DNA of 61,312 nt from the IMG/VR virus record IMGVR_UViG_3300011115_000316, positions 1-61,312 of that record. One strand, given 5' to 3'. A model generated the notes under the pieces. It did no database searches. It saw only the letters and a program-made list of their open reading frames with translations, and was not told where the DNA came from. Origin of the DNA: a virus (Duplodnaviria > Caudoviricetes). Shown here piece after piece: positions 18,026 through 26,549 of the stretch; the first letter of the stretch is position 1, and the number at the start of each line of letters is the position of its first letter. The position numbers were made by a program, and so were the translations under genes.

Positions 18026-19558
18026 TTAATAGTATGCGGCTTGTCTGCTGCGCCTAAATATCTTAGGCTCGTCTTGGCGGTCTGATTTTAGCGATATGAA
18101 CCCGCCGCGCCTATAGCGGCTCAGCGCCATTGTCACGCAGTCAACGTAGTCGTCATGCTCACCATTGGGAAATTCGGCGCACTCATTGATAACCTCGTGC
18201 GCCCACCGGAAGTCTGGGGCCCACACGACACCATCAAAAAGCAAGGGAGATACGGAGTTCACCCGCGCACGTTTATCATTTGACACCCCCGCAGCCCCCC
18301 GCGACGGGCTGTACTCTTCAACGCCAATGTCCATCTGCCGCAGTTCTTGAATGAGCGGAGCCCCGGCGGCTTTCTTCTCCACCAGCAAACACTCCGGCTC
18401 CCATTCCTTGTACTGCTCGAGCACGATCTCTTTAAGCTGTGGGAACTCCCACCGGTCTCTGATGGCGTTGAGCAGCATCAACTCGTGCCGATGGCTCTCT
18501 TCGTTGTACCAGACGCCCCACGTTGTGCACGCGCTGTAGTCGTTGTTGTTCTTGGTCTCGTGCGCGGTATCCCAAACCTGTAGGACAAACTCCATGTCAG
18601 GCGGATCTTCCTTCTCCCATATCTTCCACCAGTTGCGTTTAAGCAACGCCCCCTCTTCGCTGGTGGGCTCCTGCATGTACTGCGCAGACCAGTACTGTGG
18701 CTGCATGCCGGCCTTCTTTGCCAGAAGCTGGTCTATCGGCCACTGTGCGGGCCACAGGCTCTTGCCTGATGGGAGGATGGCTGGGAACCGGATCTCTTGC
18801 CACGGCAGTGCTGCGGGGTTCTGCTCTGCCCATGCCAGTGCGCGTCCGATGGGGTCTTTCTTCCCCCAGCGGGTTCCTATCATGACTATGCGCCCACCGG
18901 GCATCAAGCGCTGCATGGGGCCTACCTGCATGTACGTCCATGCCGTATCGAACGTAGCCTCCGGGTTGGCAAGCACCGCCTGCTCGGACACCAAGTCGTC
19001 AGCAATCAGTAAGTGTGCGCCGTGGCCGGCCACGTTAGCGCCAATGCCGATGGCAAGGTACTTGCCCCCAGAAGTCGTTGCCCAGTTGTCTGAGGCGGAC
19101 TTGTCCCGGGACACGATGGTGTGGGGAAAGATCTCGCGGTACTTGTCCGTGTCGATCATGTTGCGCACCTTGCGCCCAAAGTCCGCAGACAACGTAGAGG
19201 TGTGCGTTGCCATCATGATGTGATGGTGCGGGTGGTGGCCTAGGTACCAACCAATGAACAAGTACGCGATGGTCTCGGACTTCCCGAAGCGTGGGGGCAT
19301 ACTGACCGTCAGGCGTAACTCGTCGCCATTCTTGACGTTGTGCAGGGGGCCCCTCATATATCTATGGTGCGGGCCTTCCTTCCAGTCCGTGTACATGTAC
19401 GCGCAGAACTTCAGGAAATCGTCCCGGCACTCCTGCAACTTCTTTTTCTTCTCGAGCAACTCTAGCTCATCGAGCAGGGCAAGTTTCTCTGCCGCCGGCA
19501 TGTTCGGCAAGTCTGCAAGCAAGCGGGCAACACCTTCAGTCGTCAGTTCCTCAAGCAT
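18026..19558 (-). CDS. terL: Terminase large subunit
   Basis: Walker A MPPRFGKS, Walker B IADD, GTRW, nuclease WDTA and FPNGEHDDYVD. Confidence 0.95.
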   Translation of the reverse strand: MLEELTTEGVARLLADLPNMPAAEKLALLDELELLEKKKKLQECRDDFLKFCAYMYTDWKEGPHHRYMRGPLHNVKNGDELRLTVSMPPRFGKSETIAYLFIGWYLGHHPHHHIMMATHTSTLSADFGRKVRNMIDTDKYREIFPHTIVSRDKSASDNWATTSGGKYLAIGIGANVAGHGAHLLIADDLVSEQAVLANPEATFDTAWTYMQVGPMQRLMPGGRIVMIGTRWGKKDPIGRALAWAEQNPAALPWQEIRFPAILPSGKSLWPAQWPIDQLLAKKAGMQPQYWSAQYMQEPTSEEGALLKRNWWKIWEKEDPPDMEFVLQVWDTAHETKNNNDYSACTTWGVWYNEESHRHELMLLNAIRDRWEFPQLKEIVLEQYKEWEPECLLVEKKAAGAPLIQELRQMDIGVEEYSPSRGAAGVSNDKRARVNSVSPLLFDGVVWAPDFRWAHEVINECAEFPNGEHDDYVDCVTMALSRYRRGGFISLKSDRQDEPKIFRRSRQAAYY

Positions 19559-20216
19559 TGCGGCGCTCGGCTACTATGCCGATTTCGGCATCCAGCGTCA
19601 TACCTTCGCCCTCGTTGCTGGCCTCTGGGATAACGAACGGTGCGGGCTCTGATACTGGCGTCACATCGGTGACAGCCGCTCCGTCTGCCGGCGACAAGAA
19701 CTTGGACAGGCGTAGGCGCAGGCGCTTCTCAACATCCTCTTCGCTGGCGTCGATCTTGGTAACTTCGACCCTGTCGGTGAACAGCGCCACCTCTGTGACA
19801 CTGCCAAGCATCTGCAAGGCTTTTAGGCGTATGCGGGCGTCGGGGTGTTTGGTTTCTTCAAGTATCTTTGAGACTGTGTAGCCCCGGAGTTCCTTGGCCT
19901 GATTGACAAATTCCCAATCGTAGGCGGTCAGCATGCCGGCCAAATGCTGCACTGCAGCAGGCGTCTTTATGGTGGCAAGCGCTGTGCGCTGCTTGGCGTT
20001 GTCTGTGTCGAAGTTCAGCGCGGTAAAGGCTTCCCGGGCGGCTGTCTGCTGGCTCTTGGCGTCGAGGTCCGCATCGGAGGGCACGCCTAGCTTCTCCAAC
20101 CAATCGCTGGTTCCAACTTGAGCGTCAAGGATGTCTGCTGGCGCAGCCTTCTCAAAAGAAATAAAGTCTCCGACCCCCGCAGGATCGGGCGTGAACCCAA
20201 CAAGATTGTCGAACAT
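19551..20216 (-). CDS. Terminase small subunit (putative)
   Basis: GGAGG RBS before ATG at 20216; RLKALQMLG motif; directly upstream of terL. Confidence 0.6.
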   Translation of the reverse strand: MFDNLVGFTPDPAGVGDFISFEKAAPADILDAQVGTSDWLEKLGVPSDADLDAKSQQTAAREAFTALNFDTDNAKQRTALATIKTPAAVQHLAGMLTAYDWEFVNQAKELRGYTVSKILEETKHPDARIRLKALQMLGSVTEVALFTDRVEVTKIDASEEDVEKRLRLRLSKFLSPADGAAVTDVTPVSEPAPFVIPEASNEGEGMTLDAEIGIVAERRNA

Positions 20217-20331
20217 GAACCTCCGCGTAAGCGTCAATATGTGCCGCCTCGTATTCGTAGTGTACACTCATCTCGTTATTTGTTTCTCCTTGATGGAGCG
20301 CGAAGCTCCTTATCGCGCCATAGCGCTCCTT

Positions 20332-20356
20332 AGCCCACCTTGGTGGGCTTTTTTTT
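20332..20356 (+). terminator. Rho-independent terminator
   Basis: AGCCCACC-TT-GGTGGGCT plus T run. Confidence 0.75.
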
Positions 20357-20437
20357 GTTTGACAGAAAACCTCTGGTAAATTTTTATAGGGGGTGGGGGG
20401 TGTGTTGCAGAAAAGTAGCCGGGGGGTGCAGTGGCAG

Positions 20438-20517
20438 TGTTTTTACAAGATGCCGGGGATTTGCTACAAAAAGCATAGCAAAGGCACTATGTTTTTACAA
20501 GATGCCGGGGATTTGCT
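20438..20517. repeat. 28-bp exact direct repeat, two copies
   Basis: TGTTTTTACAAGATGCCGGGGATTTGCT at 20438 and 20490. Confidence 0.95.
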
Positions 20518-20625
20518 TGGAACAGTGTTATTGCCGCGCTGCCACAGCATCAATGCCAAGGGGTGATAGGGGTACGGTGGGGGTCGCAGAATCGAATGCC
20601 ACAGATACCGTGGAAAAGGTGCATA

Positions 20626-20634
20626 TGCTACAAT
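20626..20634 (+). promoter_or_regulatory. Extended -10 early promoter (putative)
   Basis: TG-c-TACAAT about 80 nt upstream of the first early gene. Confidence 0.45.
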
Positions 20635-20714
20635 GCAGTCACTCAGTAGGCATTCGGTCTACCGGGTATCAACCCGGGAGAACGTGTTCTCCCAAGAAAC
20701 TAGGAGTTTTCACC

Positions 20715-21095
20715 ATGACAACCTTCCTCACCATCAATGCCAAGGCCTACACTGTGTTTGCAAAGATTGCCAAGCACATCGAAGCAAAAAGCCTTGGTTG
20801 GCAACTAACGCTGGCATCCGCCGGCATTCTCCCGGGCGACTATCGCCCGTTTGCAATTGCATACGTAGCCGAGGCCGGCGTGGCCCCTACGATGGGCCAA
20901 CGTGGCCTGACGTTCCAGAAGGACTCGAAGGAAGATTCACGAGTCAAGTATCTGGTGGCTGTCCTTACGGGCGCTGCCCAAGAGAAAGCTGCCGCCCGGT
21001 CTCTGTCCGCCGTGTCCGATCTGGACAAGGCGCTGAAGGCTTTCGGCAAGCTGTCCGCCGCCGACAAGAAAGCTTTCATGGCTAAGGCCAAGTGA
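20715..21095 (+). CDS. Hypothetical early protein
   Basis: TAGGAG RBS before ATG at 20715; palindrome A on both sides. Confidence 0.75.
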   Translation: MTTFLTINAKAYTVFAKIAKHIEAKSLGWQLTLASAGILPGDYRPFAIAYVAEAGVAPTMGQRGLTFQKDSKEDSRVKYLVAVLTGAAQEKAAARSLSAVSDLDKALKAFGKLSAADKKAFMAKAK

Positions 21096-21168
21096 GAACG
21101 ACTCGGGGGAACGGTTCCCCCGAGTTTGGCAGTGAATTCCCCCGTGCAATCCTGCGCGTGGGGATCTT

Positions 21169-21232
21169 TGCGGGGTTTCAGCCTGAAGCTTTGCCGCGTG
21201 AGCGGCGGGCTTTGGAGTGCAACCGCACTACT
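21169..21232 (+). ncRNA. Candidate structured RNA motif D, copy 1
   Basis: Shares CAGCCTG and TGGAGTGCAACCGCACTACT with copy 2; variable stem closed by GTGA loop. Confidence 0.5.
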
Positions 21233-21291
21233 TGGGGGAACGGTTCTCCCGAGTTTCTCTGCCCTGATTCAAAGGGATTGTTTGGCGTTCA

Positions 21292-21312
21292 AGGCGCACA
21301 TCTGCGCTACGC
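21292..21312 (+). repeat. 21-nt repeat C (second copy 26996-27016)
   Basis: AGGCGCACATCTGCGCTACGC, exact match, both copies just upstream of an AGGAG RBS. Confidence 0.9.
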
Positions 21313-21334
21313 TCTTACTTTTTAGGAGTACAGC

Positions 21335-21874
21335 ATGATTACCGCCATGCACGGCATCGGCGCGTATCGTGGACAGCGCAACCCGATCGCGCTGAGTCGC
21401 GCGCTCTCCGTCGCAATGTCCGGCGTGGAAATATGCGCATCCGATAAAGCTATCGGCGCGTTTGGGATCGTTATTTTGGGCGAGTCTCGGACCGTTTGGG
21501 ATCGCGATGTGTGGTCGGATTTGGATGCCAACGGCAATCGTATCGCCCATTACTTGGGCAATTGCATGGCTCCAAAATCGCAATGCGATTTTGAGAATTT
21601 TGCCGACGCCGCGCGCGAAAACGGCACCCTATACTGCGAGGTATGGATGCGTGCATCGGTGCTGCGCGCCGTGTGGATCAAACAATGGGCCGATGCGCGG
21701 ACAACGGCAGCTGCCCGGATTATCGCGCGCAACAGGCATGTGCCACTGTTAACAATCCGGGGACGCACCCGCATTGGAGAGGTGCTCGATGCACGGTTAG
21801 ATAGCGTAATTTTGCGCGAGGACACACACGGTACCAGCATGGGCGCTGCACTCATTGCAGCACTCAAGAAGTAA
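21335..21874 (+). CDS. Hypothetical cassette protein
   Basis: TAGGAG RBS; stop TAA fused to palindrome A. Confidence 0.75.
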   Translation: MITAMHGIGAYRGQRNPIALSRALSVAMSGVEICASDKAIGAFGIVILGESRTVWDRDVWSDLDANGNRIAHYLGNCMAPKSQCDFENFADAARENGTLYCEVWMRASVLRAVWIKQWADARTTAAARIIARNRHVPLLTIRGRTRIGEVLDARLDSVILREDTHGTSMGAALIAALKK

Positions 21875-21953
21875 CTGGGGGGAACGGTTCTCCCGAGTTT
21901 TGACAACGGGTTAGCTGTGTGCCCTCTCACGCAGCAATTTCTAGGAGCTAATC

Positions 21954-22307
21954 GTGAACAGAAACAAACTGATAGTCCTTGCCGCCCACATCCGGCACAT
22001 CCTCGCACCCGGGTGCGAGGTGGGGGACGTGTGTATCTCGGACATGGGGGTGTCGATAAAACTCGACACCATCAAAGGTCGGCCAGACGCCGACCTTGTC
22101 ACGCTGCATGCGTGGCTGGATGAAGAGCACCCCGATATCTGGCACTTGCGTGCCACACGTGCAGATGGGACGACGCAGGCACGCTGGAGGTGCCAAGCGG
22201 GTGATCTCAGCGAAGACAGGGACTACGAGTCCGATCACAGGGCCGTCTGGCTCTGCGCCACAGTCAACGGATGGGAGGGCGCGTTCTGGCTGCGCCCCAT
22301 CGAATAA
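21954..22307 (+). CDS. Hypothetical cassette protein
   Basis: TAGGAG RBS, GTG start; stop fused to palindrome A. Confidence 0.7.
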   Translation: MNRNKLIVLAAHIRHILAPGCEVGDVCISDMGVSIKLDTIKGRPDADLVTLHAWLDEEHPDIWHLRATRADGTTQARWRCQAGDLSEDRDYESDHRAVWLCATVNGWEGAFWLRPIE

Positions 22308-22385
22308 CTCGGGAGAACGGTTCCCCCGACAAATCCGTGCCGGTGCGGTTCACCGGTGGTTAGTTAGCTATTTTAGGAGTACATC

Positions 22386-23102
22386 ATGCCCGGAGCAATC
22401 CTTTATCAAGGCCCGTCGCTGTTCGACGGCAAGCCAATCGTGGTGATTGCCATATGGCAATCAGCAAACTCGAAGACTGGCGACATGCTGCAGACCTACA
22501 TCATGCGCTCAGACATTGACCCGCGAGACGCCAACAAGTACGGCGAGGACGAGTCAATCTGCGGCCAGTGCCAGCACCGGGGTACGCCGACTCTTGACCC
22601 CACCAAAGCCCTCGCAGAAGAGCGGACGTGCTATGTGAACATAGGCCAAGGGCCGCTGATCGTGTTCAACGAGTTTATCGCTGGCAAGTATCCGGACTAC
22701 GCAAACACGGGAGATCGCCGTATGACAGGCGCAGGGCGCAATGTGCGCATCGGCACCTATGGCGACGGTGCTGCGGCACCCGACTACGTGTGGGACGACC
22801 TGCTGTTCGGGGCCAAGGGCCACACAGCCTACAGCCACAACGGTGGCGACCCGCAGCGCTACATGGTCAGTGCCGACACACTGGCGCAGGCGACGGTGGC
22901 TTGGTCTAACGGCTACCGCACGTTCAGGGTAGTGCGCAGCGTGGCAGAGATCGACCGCAAGCACGAGGCGCTGTGCCCTGCGAGCAAAGAGGCAGGCTAC
23001 AAGGCGACATGCACCACCTGTCTGCTGTGCGCCGGCACATCGTTGCGGGCCAAGAGCATCGCCATACCCGTGCACGGCAGCGGCGCTGTGCACTTCGAGT
23101 AA
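22386..23102 (+). CDS. Cys-rich phage protein, putative metal/Fe-S binding (Gp88-like)
   Basis: N.KTG, CGQC...CY, RIGTYGD, CPA...CTTCLLC. Confidence 0.6.
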   Translation: MPGAILYQGPSLFDGKPIVVIAIWQSANSKTGDMLQTYIMRSDIDPRDANKYGEDESICGQCQHRGTPTLDPTKALAEERTCYVNIGQGPLIVFNEFIAGKYPDYANTGDRRMTGAGRNVRIGTYGDGAAAPDYVWDDLLFGAKGHTAYSHNGGDPQRYMVSADTLAQATVAWSNGYRTFRVVRSVAEIDRKHEALCPASKEAGYKATCTTCLLCAGTSLRAKSIAIPVHGSGAVHFE

Positions 23103-23179
23103 GTAACTCGGGAGTCGTTCCGAGAAACCGTGCCGGTGCGGTTCACCGGCGGTTAGTTAGCTATTTTAGGAGCTACATC

Positions 23180-23209
23180 ATGGATCAAATCAAGGGTATC
23201 GGCTACTGA
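23180..23209 (+). other. 9-codon minigene MDQIKGIGY behind a full repeat RBS
   Basis: TTTTAGGAGctacatcATG...TGA. Confidence 0.5.
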
Positions 23210-23236
23210 CGCCGGATGGATATCTGGCGTAAGGTA

Positions 23237-23291
23237 GCGGTTCCAGCCTGTAGGCCCGTGACAGGGGCCTATGGAGTGCAACCGCACTACT
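23237..23291 (+). ncRNA. Candidate structured RNA motif D, copy 2
   Basis: GCGGTT/AACCGC, CCA/TGG and TAGGCCC/GGGCCTA stems. Confidence 0.5.
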
Positions 23292-23339
23292 CGGGGGAAC
23301 GGTTCTCCCGACTTTTCGGGGCATTTTGTGACTGGGCAG

Positions 23340-23690
23340 TCTATTTAGTGACTAAAAAATTCTACCCACCGTTTGCCCCCCCTGTGCGTAGGTAGCGATC
23401 ACTCAAAAAAGCGTTAGGAATCAATAACATTTTTGCTCTACTACTACTACTAACCTATTTAAGATATATATATATAAGGAGAAATTCTCTTTTGTTTTTT
23501 CTTTCTCGGGAGAACCGTTCCCCCCAGTTGAAGAAAAAAGAAAAAAGAAAACTAATCTTTTGGTAAGTGAAGATAGTCTGAAAATCGATGGTATTTGCTG
23601 CCGGTATTTGCTAAGTCGTTGATTTTAAAGGAAACGACCCCGACACTTACCCCTGTAACCTGACCGTGACCGCTGGGTAGTTTAGAAAGC
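23340..23690. other. AT-rich non-coding region, candidate replication origin
   Basis: (CTA)n, (TA)n and A/T tracts; IHF consensus match at 23612-23624 on the minus strand. Confidence 0.45.
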
Positions 23691-23726
23691 GTGTGTTATG
23701 ATTACGCTCTTTTTCATGAGGTACCT

Positions 23727-24545
23727 ATGCGCGACGAAAACTACATCGACTATCACGAGACCTTTCCCACGCGCTGGGAGGTCACTGCCGCCTACGCCAT
23801 CTGTTGCGCCAAGTGCCACGAGACCAAACTCGCCAAGCACTTCCGCCGCACGTTGACCCGAGCGCAGGCTGCGGCCCGAGGGTACCTTGGCATGAGCAAT
23901 CAGGACGATCAGCCCAAGAAATTTAAGGGGGATCGACTCGCCACCGTCGAGTCGAAGTTCTGCGCCAAGTGCCAGCCGGGGCATTACAAGCCCAACGCTA
24001 TGACGATACCCGAGATGTATCTAGCCGCCTACGATGGCAAGGCATCGTTGGCCCGGGTCAATATCGACGTAGCGCTCAAGCGCAAGAAGGCAAGCGCCAA
24101 GATTAGCGCTGCCGTGGCAAACCGATGGGACAAGTGGAAAGCCGCACCGTGGGGACATGTGAGGGCTCGCTTAAGCGAGGAGTTGTTGATACTGACCCGG
24201 CGCATCAGCTACCACAACAAAAAGAAAGCACCCGCTGTTCTGATGGGCGCATTGACCGCGCTGCAGGCTGCGCTGACAGTGCTGCGAGCCCGGTGCACGC
24301 TCAATGCGCGGATACAGGCCCCGCTCGACCCCGCCACAACGTGGGAAGACCTACTTGGAACGCCTGTCATGGGCAACCTGCAGACGCTGTGGTCTGAGGT
24401 TCCGGCGGACGTTCTCATGCGCATGAAGAACGTGCCCCTGCTGCTCAACAAGGCGCAGCCGCTCGTCATGGACGGGTACGTAGCGCCGAACCAAGGGAGC
24501 ATAGACAGACTGAACATTGTCAAGGGGCATACGTACAAAGAATAA
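23727..24545 (+). CDS. Hypothetical protein with CxxC pairs
   Basis: TG-t-TATGAT at 23694-23702, GAGG RBS, CAKC twice; stop fused to palindrome A. Confidence 0.7.
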   Translation: MRDENYIDYHETFPTRWEVTAAYAICCAKCHETKLAKHFRRTLTRAQAAARGYLGMSNQDDQPKKFKGDRLATVESKFCAKCQPGHYKPNAMTIPEMYLAAYDGKASLARVNIDVALKRKKASAKISAAVANRWDKWKAAPWGHVRARLSEELLILTRRISYHNKKKAPAVLMGALTALQAALTVLRARCTLNARIQAPLDPATTWEDLLGTPVMGNLQTLWSEVPADVLMRMKNVPLLLNKAQPLVMDGYVAPNQGSIDRLNIVKGHTYKE

Positions 24546-24625
24546 CTCGGGAGAACGGTTCTCCCGACAAATCCGTGCCGGTGCGGTTCACCGGTGGTTA
24601 GTTAGCTAGTTTAGGAGTTTTCATC

Positions 24626-25087
24626 ATGTCAATATTCACCAAGCAAGCCGCCAAGGCAGCACGTAACGTCCGCGCTGAGATCAAGCGCACGACTGACCGC
24701 GTGGTGCTGCTCAAGCACCCGGCGGTAAAGGCAGCGTTCGAGGCATTCCCCCCCGCCCAGCGCAAGTACGTGGAGATATCGCTGTCCATGTACGGGGGCA
24801 CGGTCTACATCAGCACGACGATGCGCGATCTGGCATCGTTCAAGGTGCCCAAGTTGACCCGCGTACTCGAGCGCTTCGTGGGCGACGAGTGGAAGGTGCA
24901 GGTCAACGAGTACACGGACGACGCGCCCAACAAGGACTTCCGTTTCGAGCGCCAAGTGGGCGATTTGTCACTCAGCGTAGCCATCTACGCATACGTGAAG
25001 AGCGACAGCCCCCTGTGTCGCATCGTCGTGACAGGCGTGACCGAGCGTGTCGTGCGCGAGGAAACCAGAGCAATCGTCTGCGCTTAA
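24626..25087 (+). CDS. Hypothetical cassette protein
   Basis: RBS from repeat B. Confidence 0.75.
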   Translation: MSIFTKQAAKAARNVRAEIKRTTDRVVLLKHPAVKAAFEAFPPAQRKYVEISLSMYGGTVYISTTMRDLASFKVPKLTRVLERFVGDEWKVQVNEYTDDAPNKDFRFERQVGDLSLSVAIYAYVKSDSPLCRIVVTGVTERVVREETRAIVCA

Positions 25088-25142
25088 AGGAGAACAACCC
25101 GTGCCGGTGCGGTTCACCGGTAGTTAACTGGAGAATGAAACC

Positions 25143-25415
25143 ATGAAAACAATCACTTTTGACTGCCAAGTCGGCATTTACGACAATTGCGAGTACACGG
25201 CTCGCGTATACACCGACAAGATCATTGTCGTGTGCCCATACATCAAGTGGGACGGCAACTCTGGTGGTTATGCCGAGCGCAAGATTGCGATCCGAAATTT
25301 GGCGACGGTCGCCGCCGTATTACGGGACTTGGCCGACGACTGCGAGTCGTCGGCATGGGGCCGGATCGGGCGCGCCATTGACGATGGTATTTTGTCGGGC
25401 GCGGATTACTCATGA
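25143..25415 (+). CDS. Hypothetical cassette protein
   Basis: Follows a truncated repeat B with GGAG. Confidence 0.7.
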   Translation: MKTITFDCQVGIYDNCEYTARVYTDKIIVVCPYIKWDGNSGGYAERKIAIRNLATVAAVLRDLADDCESSAWGRIGRAIDDGILSGADYS

Positions 25416-25583
25416 GTCACCACCCGCAACAGGGAGATCGAGAAACCAACCGCCGCTAAAGCAGCGGCCATGATGAAAGCCACAACCACCTAAAAAAATC
25501 CCCACAGGTTTCTGTTAGCGGTCAGGAATCTGTGGTATTCTCGTTACCGCGTTCTTTCTTATTAACTTTTTTGGAGTATTTAA

Positions 25584-26549
25584 ATGGCACACGAACTTAG
25601 CATCAAGCAAGACGGTCAAGTCGAATTCGCATACCTCGAGCGGGACGGCCTGCCGTGGCACGGTCTCGGCCAAGCGATGCCTATGGGGGCGAGCATCGAG
25701 GAGTGGCGCAAGCAGTCGGGTATGGACTGGCGCATCCAGCGTAGCAAGGTGCGCTACGCTGTCTCCCGCGACGAGGGCGCTGTGTTCGAGGAGATGGCTG
25801 ACCAGCACGTACTGTTCCGCTCGGACAGCAAGAAGGCGCTCGGGCTCGTGTCCGAGAAGTACCAGGTTGTGCAGCCTAGCGAGGTGATCGAGTTCTTCCG
25901 CGACATTGCCCGGGCAGGCGGGCTGGAGCTTAGTGCAGCGGGCACCATCTACGGGGGCCGGCGGTTCTGGGCAACGGCCAAGATAGGGGAGGCAAGCCCA
26001 ACCAGTGTGACGGACAAGATCGGCGGGTACTTGCTGATCAGCACCAGCGCTGATGGTTCACTGGCAACTGAGGTGAGGCGCACGACGGTACGTACGGTGT
26101 GCTCCAACACGCTGGCAATGGCGATGAAGGATGCGCCGGCCAGCATGAAGGTAACGCACAAGTCGGTGTTCGACCCCGAGGCCGTGAAGGAATTCATGGG
26201 GCTCAACGAGGCGGCGTGGGCAGCGTTCAAGCATCAGGTGGTGCGGCTGGCGAACAAGCCAGTGGTCCTCGAGGCGGCAGAGAAGATGACCGCAGACATC
26301 CTCGGAGGTGGCGACAAGGTGTACGCCACGGCGGGGTACAACAAGATCCTCGACCTGTTCCAAGGGATGGCGAAGGGGGCGCTCCTTGAGGGCGTGCAGG
26401 GTACGGCGTGGGGCTACATCAACGCCGTGACGGAGTACGCGGATTGGTTCTCTCGGGCACGTACGCATGAGAACCGCTTCGTGTCATCGCAGTGGGGCCC
26501 GGGCGCTGACCTCAAGCAGCGTGCACTGGACGCTGTGCTGGCTGTGTAA
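25584..26549 (+). CDS. DUF932-family phage/plasmid protein
   Basis: PWHGLG, Y.VVQ, GGRR.WA, RTVCSNTL, TAWG..NAVTEY.D. Confidence 0.85.
   Translation: MAHELSIKQDGQVEFAYLERDGLPWHGLGQAMPMGASIEEWRKQSGMDWRIQRSKVRYAVSRDEGAVFEEMADQHVLFRSDSKKALGLVSEKYQVVQPSEVIEFFRDIARAGGLELSAAGTIYGGRRFWATAKIGEASPTSVTDKIGGYLLISTSADGSLATEVRRTTVRTVCSNTLAMAMKDAPASMKVTHKSVFDPEAVKEFMGLNEAAWAAFKHQVVRLANKPVVLEAAEKMTADILGGGDKVYATAGYNKILDLFQGMAKGALLEGVQGTAWGYINAVTEYADWFSRARTHENRFVSSQWGPGADLKQRALDAVLAV

Noticed and set aside
20359-20390. TTGACA as a sigma70 promoter
   Set aside because: No acceptable -10 hexamer at 16-18 bp spacing
20340-20714. N-terminal extension of ORF 20340-21095
   Set aside because: It crosses a terminator, repeats and a promoter; the strong RBS supports ATG at 20715
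21130-21330. tRNA genes in structured intergenic regions
   Set aside because: No cloverleaf with properly placed D and T loops found by eye
21101-24568. Palindrome A as a LexA/SOS box
   Set aside because: GAAC-N1-GTTC does not fit GAAC-N4-GTTC, GTTC-N7-GTTC or CTGT-N8-ACAG
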